DNA of 56,364 nt. It comes from Octopus bimaculoides (taxonomy: Eukaryota). The notes below the pieces were generated by a model. It saw only the letters and a program-made list of their open reading frames with translations. It searched no databases and was not told the origin of the DNA. The stretch lies in the NCBI RefSeq assembly GCF_001194135.2, contig NC_068981.1, positions 183,014,536-183,070,899 on the forward strand, written 5' to 3'. The position numbers and the translations under genes were made by a program. Below are positions 1-11,689 of the stretch, in pieces. Within the stretch, counting starts at the first letter, position 1, and every line of letters starts with the position of its first letter.

Positions 1-31
<31 letters not shown>

Positions 32-105
32 CATACATGCATACATATATGATAGATAGATAGATAGATAGATAGACACCATTGACAGACAGACAGACAC
101 AGACT
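1..105. repeat. (GATA)n/(GACA)n microsatellite
   Basis: Tandem atag/acag units visible directly. Confidence 0.95.
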
Positions 106-269
106 AATGGACAGAAAGACCTAATTCACAGTCTGTAACACACCAGTTCACATGGCGTTTGTATTTGTGTCTGCGGGTGTATAGGCGTATGTGTGTGTAT
201 GCAAGTATGTGTGTGTACATCTGTTCGTGGGTGTTTTTAAAACAATATTCAAATGTTCTGTTATTCCTT

Positions 270-475
270 CATTCGTAAACGCGCCGGACAAAATGCTTAG
301 CTGCATTTCTTCCGGTTTTACGTTCTGAGTTCAAATTCTGCCGAGGTGTACTTTGCCTTTCATCCCTTCAGGGTCGATACAATAAGTACCAGTTGAGCAC
401 TGGGATCGATGTAATCGACTATGCCTCTCCTTGCAAAATTTCAGGCCTTGTGCCTGTAGTAGAAAGAATTATATT
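270..475 (+). mobile_element. tRNA-derived SINE, group B
   Basis: B-box gagttcaaattc followed by ctttgcctttcatccct..gggtcgat..aagtaccagtt and tail ggccttgtgcct..agtagaaagaat; about 10 related copies in this window. Confidence 0.85.
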
Positions 476-668
476 ACTGGTATCAGTTTTTTTGGCACTA
501 TGGCCAAGCTGGGCACCACATGTATGTTGTTATTTGTATTTTTTAGCCTACCATAGGATAGGGATCCCTGCAATTATATTCAGACTCTTCTATATGCTTT
601 AACTATTGGATCTTTTAACCGACAGTGTTGTGTCAAACGCATAAACACACACATGGGCTCACACACGA

Positions 669-706
<38 letters not shown>

Positions 707-779
707 GTTTTTTGTGATTTTCTGTACCCATANNNNNNNNNNCGACCCCAAAAATCTCTAGTGAGACTTCTTTATCAAT

Positions 780-824
780 GTACCTGAAGAAATCCAGACT
801 GATGGGTAGAAACATATGTTGTAC
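780..824 (+). ncRNA. Minimal type I hammerhead ribozyme (PLE-type)
   Basis: gtac-CTGAAGA-a-atcca(gactga)tgggt-a-GAAA-c(atat)g-TT-gtac: 4-bp stem I, intact core, 5-bp stem II, palindromic stem III (acatatgt), GUU site; AATAAA just downstream. Confidence 0.7.
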
Positions 825-854
825 CTAATAAAAGTCTAATACGAAATCCATCTT

Positions 855-1480
855 CTAATTTGCCGTCGAATTTTGCCTAATGTCCTCTCTTGACTAAAAT
901 CTTCTCCCTTTCAGTGTTTTATTTGGGAACCAAAAGACACACGGCGCCAAGTCTGGGCAGTAGGAAGCCTGACGAGCAAGTGGTATGTTTTGCTTGACGA
1001 AGAATGCTTGGACAACGTGGGTGGAATGAGTGGGTGCGTTGTTATGGTGGAGTTGCTCCTTCTCTGTTGCCCACAGGTCGGATCGTTTTCGCCACACAGC
1101 TTCACGAAGGCGACGAAGAACCTCCAGGTAGCATTCTTTGTTAATTGTCTGGCCACAACGAGGTTCACTGTCCACTGAGGTGTGGCCATCTTTGAACCGG
1201 TTGTACCACTCCTTTATTTGTGTTTTTCCCATAGAATCACCTCCAAAGGCCTTCTGAATCTTCTCGATAGTCTTGGCTTGCGTATCACCAAGTTTTTGGC
1301 AGAATTTGATACAGTATCTTTGCTCGGTCATGACTCAAAAAGAAAAATCGCACAGCACACTCTGCAAGTCTGTCCTCAACGCGTTACTGCGGGCGAATGG
1401 TGCAACCTACAGACACGAAAATTTTGCGCATGCTCAGGAAGGACGCGACCACCTAATACTCTTGTCGGCAAATACTCTTA
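855..1480 (-). mobile_element. Internally deleted mariner (irritans-like) transposase relic
   Basis: ORF 894-1331: EQRYCIKFC..WYNRFKDG (HTH region) fused to YLEVLRRLREAV..LHHNNAPTH..YCPDLAPCVF (decayed catalytic motifs)..LKGRRF. Confidence 0.9.
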
Positions 1481-1519
1481 TAATAATTCTGCTTCTTTCT
1501 CCGTTACTTATCGCTTTCA

Positions 1520-1885
1520 CGCTTTCACGCTTTCACGTGTAACGCTTTCACGTGATTAATTGAAGGGAAAGGCAAAGAGTGAAAGAAAAAGAGGGTAAGG
1601 CGAAGAGTGAGAGAGAGAAAGAGGGAGAGTGCTATGTATTATGTCTATAAAATTGTGCATAAATTATATAAAGTGTACATATAAAGTACATNNNNNNNNN
1701 NNNNNNNNNNNNNCGCTTTCACGCTTTCACGTGTAACGCTTTCACGTGATTAATTGAAGGGAAAGGCAAAGAGTGAAAGAAAAAGAGGGTAAGGCGAAGA
1801 GTGAGAGAGAGAAAGAGGGAGAGTGCTATGTATTATGTCTATAAAATTGTGCATAAATTATATAAAGTGTACATATAAAGTACAT
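1520..1885. repeat. About 172-bp direct duplication flanking a short gap (1520-1691 = 1714-1885)
   Basis: Identical sequence on both sides of the N run; probably an unmerged contig overlap. Confidence 0.85.
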
Positions 1886-1914
1886 TAAGTAATCATCGTA
1901 TTCCAATTTCCTTC

Positions 1915-2284
1915 GTGGAGGTGCAATGGCCCAGTGGTTAGGGCAGCGAACTCGCGGTCGTAGGATCGCAGTTTCGATTCCCAGACCGAGTGTTATGAGT
2001 GTTTATTGAGCGAAAACACCTAAAGTTCCACAAGGCTCCGGCAGGGGATGGTGGCGAACCCTGCTGTACTCTTTCACCACAACTTTCTCTCACTCTTTCT
2101 TCCTGTTTCTGTTGTACCTGTAATTCAAAAGGCCAGCCTTGTCGCGCTGAATCTCCTCGAGAACTACGTTAAGGTTACACGTGTCTGTGGAGTGCTCAGC
2201 CACTTTCACGTTAATTTCACGAGCAGGCTGTTCCGTTGATCAGATCAACTGGAACCCTCGACCTTGTGAGCGACGGAGTGCCAA
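1915..2284 (+). mobile_element. Full-length tRNA-derived SINE, group C
   Basis: A-box tggcccagtgg, B-box gtttcgattcc, tail ending cgacggagtgccaa; 12-bp TSD ccaatttccttc at 1903-1914 and 2285-2296. Confidence 0.92.
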
Positions 2285-2874
2285 CCAATTTCCTTCACTT
2301 TTCAATGAATAGCAGATGAGCGACTATCGTTTGATAGACACCACACAGGCTACGCTTTCAGGTTTTTTGGATGAAGTTTTCAGAAATAACCCAATAGGTT
2401 TACCATTAATTGCGTGACATATTCACGAGTCCCGCTAGTCTTTTTCACTATGGTCTACAGATATTCTATTAAGTCAGGTTTTCTAAGTTACCTGATCAAG
2501 GAAGTACGCTGATGTAAAGCTGTCAGAGGTTACTTTGGCATTGTGTGCAGGTACCAAGTCCTATCGACACTGAAATTCTGCATCCCCAAATAATTTGTAG
2601 TCTGATGGAAGTATGATGTAAGTGTAAGACACTGCAGTGTTCTTTACTGTGGAACTTAATCTACAACTGGGTCACTCCGAGTGATAGCTTGGATCGGCTT
2701 AAGTAAGCCATTGCACCCTACTTTTGCTATCAACGTTTATATGTGTATGTATGTGTGTGTGTGTATCTATGTGCGTGTGTGTGTGTGTGTGCATGTGTGT
2801 GTATATGCGTGTGTGTGTGCGTGTCTGTGTGTGTATTTGCGAGTCTGTGAGTGTATGATTGTTTGCATATGTAT

Positions 2875-3162
2875 CTGTTGCCGAACCGCTAGATTACGGA
2901 GACGTAAACACACCAGCATCGGTTGTCAAGCGATGTTGTTGGAACAAACATAGACACACAAACATATATATACACACACACACATGCATATATACATATA
3001 TACGGCGGGCTTCTTTCAGTTTCCGTCTATCAAATCCACTCACAAGGCTTTGGTCGGCCCGAGGCTATAGTAGAAGACACTTGCCCAAGGTGCCAAGCAG
3101 TGGGACTGAACCCGAAACCATGTGGTTCGTAAGCAAGTTACTTACCACACAGCCACTCCTAC
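2875..3162 (-). mobile_element. SINE group A (tail-truncated)
   Basis: Reverse complement of head ggagtggctgtgtggtaag..ggttcagtccc, CORE-like caccttgggcaagtgtctt and internal microsatellite. Confidence 0.9.
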
Positions 3163-3611
3163 GCCTATGCATGATGATCTTTTTTTTTTATCGTGAGGAA
3201 AGGATTTGCACAAATTCAATCCCACACTCTGAACATGGTCAGCATAAACTTGTAAAGAACTAGTCTACATCATCGAATATTGTCATTGTCGCAGGTTTCC
3301 TCTCAGAATTTCCCTCCCCTAGAGAGATGTTGTGACAACAACAGAGGGGATCTCCCACTTGGAATGGGCCAACCGCGCGCCTGGACACCAACCCAGGTAT
3401 TTCCACGTCCCTGCGTATACATACCCAATATACACAAGTACACATATTGTTGGATGGTCGTTGGCTGCTCATGAACTCTTTCGTCCTTTATATACGACGA
3501 GTTTCCTTGTGGTTACTTTCAGTTTCCGCCTACCGAATCCACTCAGAAAAACATCCAAACACAGACATATACATACTACACGCGAATAAACGCACCCTAA
3601 CTTACGCACAC

Positions 3612-3836
3612 TCTCTTTACTCTTTTACTCTTTTAATTGTTTCAGTCATTTGACTGTGGCCATGCTGGAGCACCGCCTTTAGTCGAACAAATTGATCCCA
3701 GGACTTATTCTTTGGAAGCCTAGTACTTATTCTATCGGTCTTTTTGCCGAACCGCTAGGTTATGGGGACGTAAATACACCAGCATCGGTTGTCAAGCGAT
3801 GTTGGGGGACAAACACAGACACACAAACACATACAT

Positions 3837-3867
<31 letters not shown>

Positions 3868-4038
3868 CATATATACGCGGGCTTCTTTCATTTTCCGTCT
3901 ACCAAATCCACTCGCAAGGCTTTGGTCGGCTCGAGGTTATAGTAGAAGACACTTGCCTAAAAGGTGCTACGCAGTGGGACTGAACCCGGAACCATGTGGT
4001 TCGTAAGCAAGCTACTTACCACACAGCCACTCCTACGC
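3612..4038 (-). mobile_element. Full-length SINE group A
   Basis: Complete head, CORE-like segment, internal (CA/TA)n and tail ending (aaaagagt)n. Confidence 0.92.
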
Positions 4039-4427
4039 CTATACGTCCATATACATAAACAAACACACACGAATACGAATAAAAACCAAATCACCTCACA
4101 CTCACATCCATAAAAATAGACAACGCAAAGATCAAAGCCATTTGTCATCTTCTGTAATATTCTTCACTAAACTCCTGGCCTCGATAAATTCAATAGAAAT
4201 ACCACTCTAGTGATTCCTCTATTTCGCTGACCATTCCTCACCATCGGTTTCTCTCCTTTCCCTCCTCCCCAGCCATTAATTTCCAATATTATTTCGCAGA
4301 ATTTTACTTCACAATGAGACTTTTTCTTTCTCTTATAGCATTCTCACCACAATTATGAATAACAACATTTTCTTAAAATGAAGGCTTTCCGTTTTATTTT
4401 GTTCTCAATAAACATTGCAACGAGTCT

Positions 4428-4472
<45 letters not shown>

Positions 4473-5267
4473 NNNNNNNNNNNNNNNNNNNNNNNNNNNN
4501 NNNNNNNNNNNNNNNNNNNNNNNNNNNNNNNNNNNNNNNNNNNNNNNNNNNNNNNNNNNNNNNNNNNNNNNNNNNNNNNNNNNNNNNNNNNNNNNNNNNN
4601 NNNNNNNNNNNNNNNNNNNNNNNNNNNNNNNNNNNNNNNNNNNNNNNNNNNNNNNNNNNNNNNNNNNNNNNNNNNNNNNNNNNNNNNNNNNNNNNNNNNN
4701 NNNNNNNNNNNNNNNNNNNNNNNNNNNNNNNNNNNNNNNNNNNNNNNNNNNNNNNNNNNNNNNNNNNNNNNNNNNNNNNNNNNNNNNNNNNNNNNNNNNN
4801 NNNNNNNNNNNNNNNNNNNNNNNNNNNNNNNNNNNNNNNNNNNNNNNNNNNNNNNNNNNNNNNNNNNNNNNNNNNNNNNNNNNNNNNNNNNNNNNNNNNN
4901 NNNNNNNNNNNNNNNNNNNNNNNNNNNNNNNNNNNNNNNNNNNNNNNNNNNNNNNNNNNNNNNNNNNNNNNNNNNNNNNNNNNNNNNNNNNNNNNNNNNN
5001 NNNNNNNNNNNNNNNNNNNNNNNNNNNNNNNNNNNNNNNNNNNNNNNNNNNNNNNNNNNNNNNNNNNNNNNNNNNNNNNNNNNNNNNNNNNNNNNNNNNN
5101 NNNNNNNNNNNNNNNNNNNNNNNNNNNNNNNNNNNNNNNNNNNNNNNNNNNNNNNNNNNNNNNNNNNNNNNNNNNNNNNNNNNNNNNNNNNNNNNNNNNN
5201 NNNNNNNNNNNNNNNNNNNNNNNNNNNNNNNNNNNNNNNNNNNNNNNNNNNNNNNNNNNNNNNNNNN

Positions 5268-5320
<53 letters not shown>

Positions 5321-5443
5321 CTGTTAGTACATAGAATGTGCGTTTTGTGGTTATAAGGCTCTTGTTTCTAGCAATGTAAATGCCTCCCCTGTACCCTCAG
5401 TCACTATTAGTGACAGGTGAATTTTCCTTTTTGGTTTTAAATG

Positions 5444-5707
5444 CACTAATCTCTCGACTATTGCAGGTGTTACGTTCTAAACTCCACCGCGATAGGTGAA
5501 AATCCGCAAAGTAGAAACAGTATTGTACTGTATATTTTTTAAAACTATTTTTATAATTTGTATATATTTATTTTATTATAGATGAAAAACAACACCACGG
5601 AGGAATCGACGTAAGCTTAAATAATAAACCGCGAAGGTGAACTCTGATAGGTGAACTGCGATAGGTGAACCGCGATAGGTAAATCACAATATGGCGAGGG
5701 ATTACTG
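5444..5707. mobile_element. pogo/Tigger-like MITE
   Basis: TIRs cactaatctctcgacta / ggcgagggattactg+ta; an inverted sibling copy lies at 27510-27730. Confidence 0.8.
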
Positions 5708-5715
5708 TATATATA

Positions 5716-6570
5716 TTGGTTTGGCAGATAAATTCGTTCGTTCCGTTTTTTCCATTGATTTTTTGATTAACATGAGAAATATTTTTATCGAAGTGTTTTA
5801 TGCTTTTACGATTTCTTTTTTTTTTAATTTTTATAATTCTGTTCTTCCTTTCCAACCTTTATTTATCGTTTTAAACTTTAAATAAATTTTACGTCTTTTC
5901 AGATGTTTATCAATGGAGTGTCAAGCAGAAAAACAAAAAATGAATGTGAATTTTCGACACCTGCTTCTCTTTGCTTTCAATCAATTTTCCAAAGCTGCTA
6001 ATGCTGCTCGAAATATTTGTGCGGTGTATAGAGAAGTCACTATCACTGCACAAGAATGGCTTTCACGTTTCAAATAGAAGAAATTCGACCTCACAGACCC
6101 TCTGCGTGCCATCCAACCTGTTCAGTTCAATAAGGATTGGTTGAACGAGCTCATCCACGAGGATCTGCACCAATCTACCAGGAAATTGGCGCAGCAGATG
6201 GGATGTTCTCGTGATACCATCACCCGTCGCCTTTAGTCGAAGGGTAAAGCATGGGTTCCACACGCTCTAAACGAAAGCGACAAACTCCAACACCAACAGT
6301 CACTAATTTGACCAAAAATGCTATTTAAGAGCGCCTTCAGAATATTACATTTCTCGGTCGCTATCCAATTCTTTGCAAGGTGTTTCGTTCAACAACTACA
6401 TAAAACGTAACTCGAATTCTTCGAGTCAAGACACTGTCATGCTAGTAGAATGTTGGCAAGAAGTCGTGAATGAACAATGAAGAAGAATATATTATTGACT
6501 GATTTGTTAAAGTTGATGAAAAATAAGGATTACAATAAATAGAAAAAGAAACGAATGAATCTATATGTAT
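5716..6570 (+). mobile_element. Decayed mariner transposon
   Basis: From ATG 5913: FRHLLLFAFN..AANAARNICAVY..WLSRFK..LNELIHED..STRKLA..WVPHAL, and 3' WQEVVN..EYIID*; stops and frameshifts; degenerate TIRs at about 5716-5750 and 6540-6570. Confidence 0.85.
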
Positions 6571-6589
6571 GTGAGTATATATAAATAAG

Positions 6590-6619
6590 TAAATACATAC
6601 ATATAAAGATACATACATA

Positions 6620-6689
<70 letters not shown>

Positions 6690-6690
6690 C
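6590..6690. repeat. (TG)n microsatellite
   Basis: Direct observation. Confidence 0.9.
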
Positions 6691-6769
6691 ATTTATTTAG
6701 TTATACAGGGGATCTGTTGGAGTCCTTGTCAAAACAAAGAACACTCTATTATGTGAAAACAGCAAGTGT

Positions 6770-8100
6770 TTGTACATTTATAATTTAATGACGATCACAC
6801 TTGCAAATGATAGTCATGGCTCCGAATTTCGAATACGGAAGAATCCTCCACTCGTCAGATGGATATACTATCGATTCAAGAACGGTTCAAAAGGTGGCTG
6901 CTGCGGAAATTCTGCAGGCAAAGTTTTTCAAGAAAGTTTTTTTAAAATAATTAAGTAATAAAGTAAGGGAGATCATTATCAAGGTCTCCAGGTTCTTTTG
7001 ACTTAGCAGTACTACAGAAATCAACAACACAATAATTAGTTTCCAAGATATAACTCTACATTTCGATACTAACTCGTACAAAATTTACGTAAGCTCCATG
7101 AGAAGTTCATTTACCTTAGCACCGGGTTTTATTATTCGGGCTTGGTGTTTAAGAATGTAGTTAAGATAGTGTGTAGAAGTATCTTGGGACTGTCCTCTAG
7201 TTAAAGAAGCCTTTGATAGGATGGCTCTCTATCGCAAAAGTATTTTTGAGGCTTATGGATTAAAGGAGGAGATGATTTACACAACCAAATCGGACCAAAT
7301 CCGCCCAAACGACAACGGCGCCACAAAGTCATTTAGTTCACGTCTCCTTTCACTTTTAATGTAAAGTCTAGCCTTCCCTGAGTTAGATGTTAAATATTTT
7401 CCTCCTGTATACAAGCAGAGAAAGCTTTTCAAAAGATATACACTTAACGCATCCTTCAGAAGCGCACCCAACATGAAGAGTATTCTTTCGTGTAGATCAA
7501 ACCCTAGCAGTGAGGTCAGCTGTTCTTCTAACGTTATCACTAAGTTCTCGCTCAAAGGTCATTGCAACGTAGATGCCATAGTGTATAAGGATGGAGTCAA
7601 GTCTGGACGGCCGAACGATGCATGCGGCAAAAAGCATTATATCAGACTGACGGATGACTCACTTCGAGAAATACTTATTCGCCCATCACTGCACTAACTA
7701 AATAGAAATGGCGGTTGAATGAAAAGGAGAAAAACTATGACATCAAATGAACGCTGTTAAAGAATACGTGGATTGTTTTTAGCGGAGGAGATACCGGAAT
7801 GCACTTAAATGCCAAATTGAGGATTTTTACACATTGTTTACAAGAACGAAAGACCATTTTAAAATACTGGTCGAAGACGCGATAGGGATGTTGACACCAA
7901 CACTTTCTCCGCACCGCTTAACAAAGTCAATTCTCCGTACAGTCTTCCATCCATTTAATATTCTTATTTTAATGCCATATCTCTTTCCACCCCACATAAC
8001 TCTCTCTGTGTCGTCCCTCCCTACACCTATAATCAAAATTTTTCTGTCCTGAAGTACATCACTAAACTGATCATCACTCGATTACGAGTGACCTCTCCTA
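6770..8100 (+). mobile_element. Penelope-like element remnant (RT C-terminus + GIY-YIG endonuclease)
   Basis: Manual translation gives IISFQDITLHFDTNSYK, KYFPPVYKQRKLFKRYTLNASFRSAPNMKSIL, KGHCNVDAIVYK..KHYIRLTD and KWRLNEKEKNYDIK, matching the PLE pattern KHFP..KIFNRNT.KVSYSCMPN / C....VY..YIG.T; many disablements; hairpin and ctgatca remnant at 8067-8091. Confidence 0.7.
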
Positions 8101-8278
8101 CACTGTTAATAATGACATTTTTTTTGTATATGAAACAAGGGTTTTGTCAGCAGCATTTCTGCAGCAGCCATCTTTGATGATATGTGTGCGTGCGTGTGTA
8201 TTTATATATATATATTATATGTGTATGTGTGAGTGTGTGTATCTGTGTGTGTCTACCTGTGCATGCGTGTGTGTGTAC

Positions 8279-8316
<38 letters not shown>

Positions 8317-8321
8317 ATGTG

Positions 8322-8600
8322 AAAGCGCGTGGCCTAGTGGCTAGAGCGTTGTACTCACGATTGCAAGAACATGGTTTCGATTTCCAGATGTGCGGTCCGT
8401 TGCATTCTTGAACAAAATATTTCAATCCACATTGTTCCAGTCCGCTCAGCTGTAAATGGGTAACCTCGCAACGGACTGGCGTTCCGTTCCGGGGAAACGT
8501 TGTCCTGCCCACCTTACCCAGTGTTGTGATACCATTTGAAAGTTAAGACAATGCAAAGAAACGTGTCGTGACCAGCAGTGCATAACAACATTCAATAGTC
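8322..8600 (+). mobile_element. SINE group C, alternative tail
   Basis: tggcctagtgg A-box, gtttcgattt B-box, shared core ttgttccagtccgctcagctgtaaatgggt. Confidence 0.75.
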
Positions 8601-8679
8601 TTGTCGATACAGTAACACACACACACACACATATATATATGTATAGTAAAACCGACCCCCTCCCAAAAATAAACGAAGA

Positions 8680-8810
8680 ACAAACACAACAAGAAAAAAC
8701 AACACGAGAACGTGGTACATGCAAAGTATTAGCAGGCGCTCAGGGAAGGAAAGAAAGGTAGTTTTTATGTTTCGAACAAAGCTCTTCGTCAGAAACATGA
8801 GACGGAGGGT
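8680..8810 (-). mobile_element. PLE pseudo-LTR-like fragment with hammerhead motif (8761-8797)
   Basis: Minus strand CTGACGA-a-gagc(ttt)gttc-GAAA-ca-TA, then ctttctttccttccctgagcg..aatact; same family as 54383-54490. Confidence 0.6.
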
Positions 8811-8812
8811 AG

Positions 8813-8856
<44 letters not shown>

Positions 8857-8859
<3 letters not shown>

Positions 8860-8962
8860 CTCGAGGTTATATTAGAAGACAATTGCCCAAGGTGCCACGC
8901 AGTGAGACTGAACCTGGAACCATGTGGCTGGTAAGCAAGCTATTTACCACACAGCCACTCGT
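8857..8962 (-). mobile_element. SINE group A head fragment
   Basis: agaagacaattgcccaaggtgccacgcagtgagactgaacc..accacacagccactc. Confidence 0.85.
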
Positions 8963-9539
8963 GAATAAAAATCCCAAAGTTAAAGAATGGAGTAGATAAA
9001 ATCCGGGCTACATGTTTTATAGCGAGCGGAACCTCGGAAATAGTAAATATCCAAGTGAGGTGTATAGGGCAGGCTACTCTTCAGGTCAATGGTACAGTGA
9101 TTAAATGAAGCTTACAGTGTTATCCGGAGGCATATGTTAACACACGGGAGATTCAATCAGAACATACATACATACATACATACATACATATGCGTGGAGA
9201 GGGATTCTTTGGGGTTTGAAAAGTACATCCCTGCAAACACGGATGTTTCGTTCATAATCCTTAAGCAACTCTTATTCAGGGGCCTTTTGATGGGGATGGG
9301 CTACTTGACCTGAAGAAAATTTTAATTGGACCCCACCTGCAAAGCCATGCGCTGTTTAACTTGAGCTCGCCATGTCGCACACACATGGTTGTGATGCATG
9401 TTCCTGGTGTATCCTTATCAGACGGGTACTCATGATGGGTATACTGGGCTTCGTATATTTGTACTCCAGCCTCACATTGATGGTGTGTGCTACTCTCTCA
9501 CTCAATAATAATAATAATATTAATAATAGTAATAATAAT

Positions 9540-9825
9540 CCTTTTTACTATAAGCACAAGGCCTGAAATTTTAAGGTGGGGGGTTAGTCGATTACATCGA
9601 CCCCAATACGCAACTGGTACTTAATTTATTGACCCCAAAAGGATGAAAGGCAAAGTCGACTTCGGTGGAATTTGAACTCAGAATGTAACGACGGGTGAAA
9701 TACCGCTAAGCATTTCGTCTAGCGTGCTAATGACTCTGCCAACTCGCCGACTAATATGCTTTCGACTATAGGCATATGGCCTGAAATTTGGTAGGAGGGG
9801 GCTAGTTGATTACATCGACTTAGGG
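9540..9825 (-). mobile_element. SINE group B (one full and one partial copy)
   Basis: aggcctgaaatt..gtcgattacatcgacccc..caactggtactt..aaaggatgaaaggcaaagtcgac..gaatttgaactcagaa. Confidence 0.85.
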
Positions 9826-9829
9826 ATCA

Positions 9830-10080
9830 GCTTGTTGCTAAATAGTTGAAGAAGAGTAAGATAGGAAAAGGAAGAAAGATAAGTAATAAGAATTTAGTGG
9901 AGTCGTACAACAGAAGGAAGTTTTTGAGAGGACATTGTAAGTGGGCGAATGTAAAACAAAGGAAGATTGGGAGTGAGAGTCGACAGAGAGGGTGAGAAAG
10001 AGGAAAGGCGATAATGAATGAGAGAAAGAGAAAGAGGGCGTGAGAAAAAGAGAGAGGTTGGAGGTGGAGCGAATCTATGA
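9830..10080 (-). mobile_element. Possible CR1-group LINE endonuclease fragment
   Basis: Purine-rich on +; minus translation SLPIFLCFTFAHLQCPLKNF weakly resembles the APE region of the 15450-17200 element. Confidence 0.3.
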
Positions 10081-10781
10081 ACAATAGTTGTTAATAATAT
10101 TTGACTATGTATTCGTCAAGAATAATATAGTTCGAACGTTAAAATTAATTTGAAATTTAAATTAAGCAATTCGATTTGTAGCTTAGAGTCAGAATAAGCT
10201 AAAGCCTGTTTTACATAATTAAATATGTCACAAAAATACAGTTAGACATTAATGTAGTTACATACATATTTAATGATTATACGTATTAAGAAATATTGGA
10301 AGTTTATATCAGCCATCACAAGAAAAGGTATTGTAGTTTTGTCTTAAGAGTTTTCATGGCGATAAGGGAGCAGAACGCTGTTAGTTTCTAAAATTATAAC
10401 CTTTAGCATTTTCTGTCTCTTTGCTACAAATCGAAGTGGTTGATTTAAATTTCAAATTCATTTTACCATTTCAGCAATAAGTACCGTAGTTGCTGAATAT
10501 ATATGCAATTATTGATAATAGTCAAAATATTGAAATTCAAAGATGAAAATGCAAACTATTGTTCTTGCTTTGTTTCGGTTTTCTTCCGCTTTACCCACTT
10601 TATATATTCATTTCTATATTTGTATTGTTGTGTTATCCTAAAACATATTGCTCTATCTAACAATGTTGCTTTATATTAAGCATTACACACGTGCGCACGC
10701 ACGCGTGTGTATGTTAAATAAAATGAGACAACAAAGCCAAGGCTGTGTGGAATTTTCAGGAGATTTATAAAGAGAAAATTA

Positions 10782-10829
10782 GTCTTACAGCTGTTTCTGG
10801 ACTAATAGGGATATCCCTTCATCAGAGAC
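10782..10829 (-). ncRNA. Minimal type I hammerhead ribozyme (PLE-type)
   Basis: Minus strand gtct-CTGATGA-agggatatccctattagtcca-GAAA-c(agct)g-TA-agac: perfect 4-bp stem I, canonical core, palindromic stem III (acagctgt), GUA site. Confidence 0.72.
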
Positions 10830-11689
10830 GATATGAGATGGTTAAATAGATGGAAGTAGAGTTTAATATAATGAGTTATTATGGAAAAGGATGGGAATAA
10901 GAAGTATAAAGGGAAATAAGAGAATAAAAGTAAAAATAAAAGTAAAAATAAAAGTATATGTAGGATGTTTATAGTTGCAGTTATNNNNNNNNNNNNNNNN
11001 NNNNNNNNNNNNNNNNNNNNNNNNNNNNNNNNNNNNNNNNNNNNNNNNNNNNNNNNNNNNNNNNNNNNNNNNNNNNNNNNNNNNNNNNNNNNNNNNNNNN
11101 NNNNNNNNNNNNNNNNNNNNNNNNNNNNNNNNNNNNNNNNNNNNNNNNNNNNNNNNNNNNNNNNNNNNNNNNNNNNNNNNNNNNNNNNNNNNNNNNNNNN
11201 NNNNNNNNNNNNNNNNNNNNNNNNNNNNNNNNNNNNNNCAATGAAGGAGGTAAATTGTTTTACTAATGTTGCCCACCAAAACGTAATTTTGAAAATGGGT
11301 TAACTCTCAGGAAAAGAAAAAAAAAAGGAACGTGGGACACTCTTGAAATTGTCTGCTTCTTTGTTTCATGATCCTATCAAAGAAAGGGCCCAGTAAAAAT
11401 TGACATACGCTTGCTTTAATATGTATTGGTGGAGTGTGGAGGTCAGTTTTCCCCTGAAAGAAGCAGCTAAAAGAAACTCCGGCTGATTTTTGTTTCAGTT
11501 AGTCTGAGCTCAAATCTTGTGGGGTCCATTTCGTCTTTTCGGAAGTCGATTAAAAAGAACTACCTACAACATTTAACCAGTTTAGGGATCTCATCGCCGG
11601 CTGGTATCATGTAAACCAGTAAATTCTTGTTCCATGGTCGAGTGGTCGGTGAATAAACCGTCTCCCCCACTTCAGTGGCTTGCTGCTCT

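Noticed and set aside
1915-1995. tRNA-like head (also at other group C copies)
   Set aside because: A and B boxes are present but there is no proper acceptor or anticodon stem; it continues into a SINE body with a TSD.
4378-5356. Long ORFs of 300+ aa (also 22447-23888, 37703-38689, 47818-48489, 52469-53401)
   Set aside because: They are open only because they run through N gaps and dinucleotide repeats.
6815-6862. Minus-strand CTGACGA...GAAA
   Set aside because: No stem III/UH site or stem I; lies within PLE RT-derived sequence.
9190-9505. Segment that looks like another dispersed Octopus repeat
   Set aside because: Single copy in this window; cannot be classified from sequence alone.
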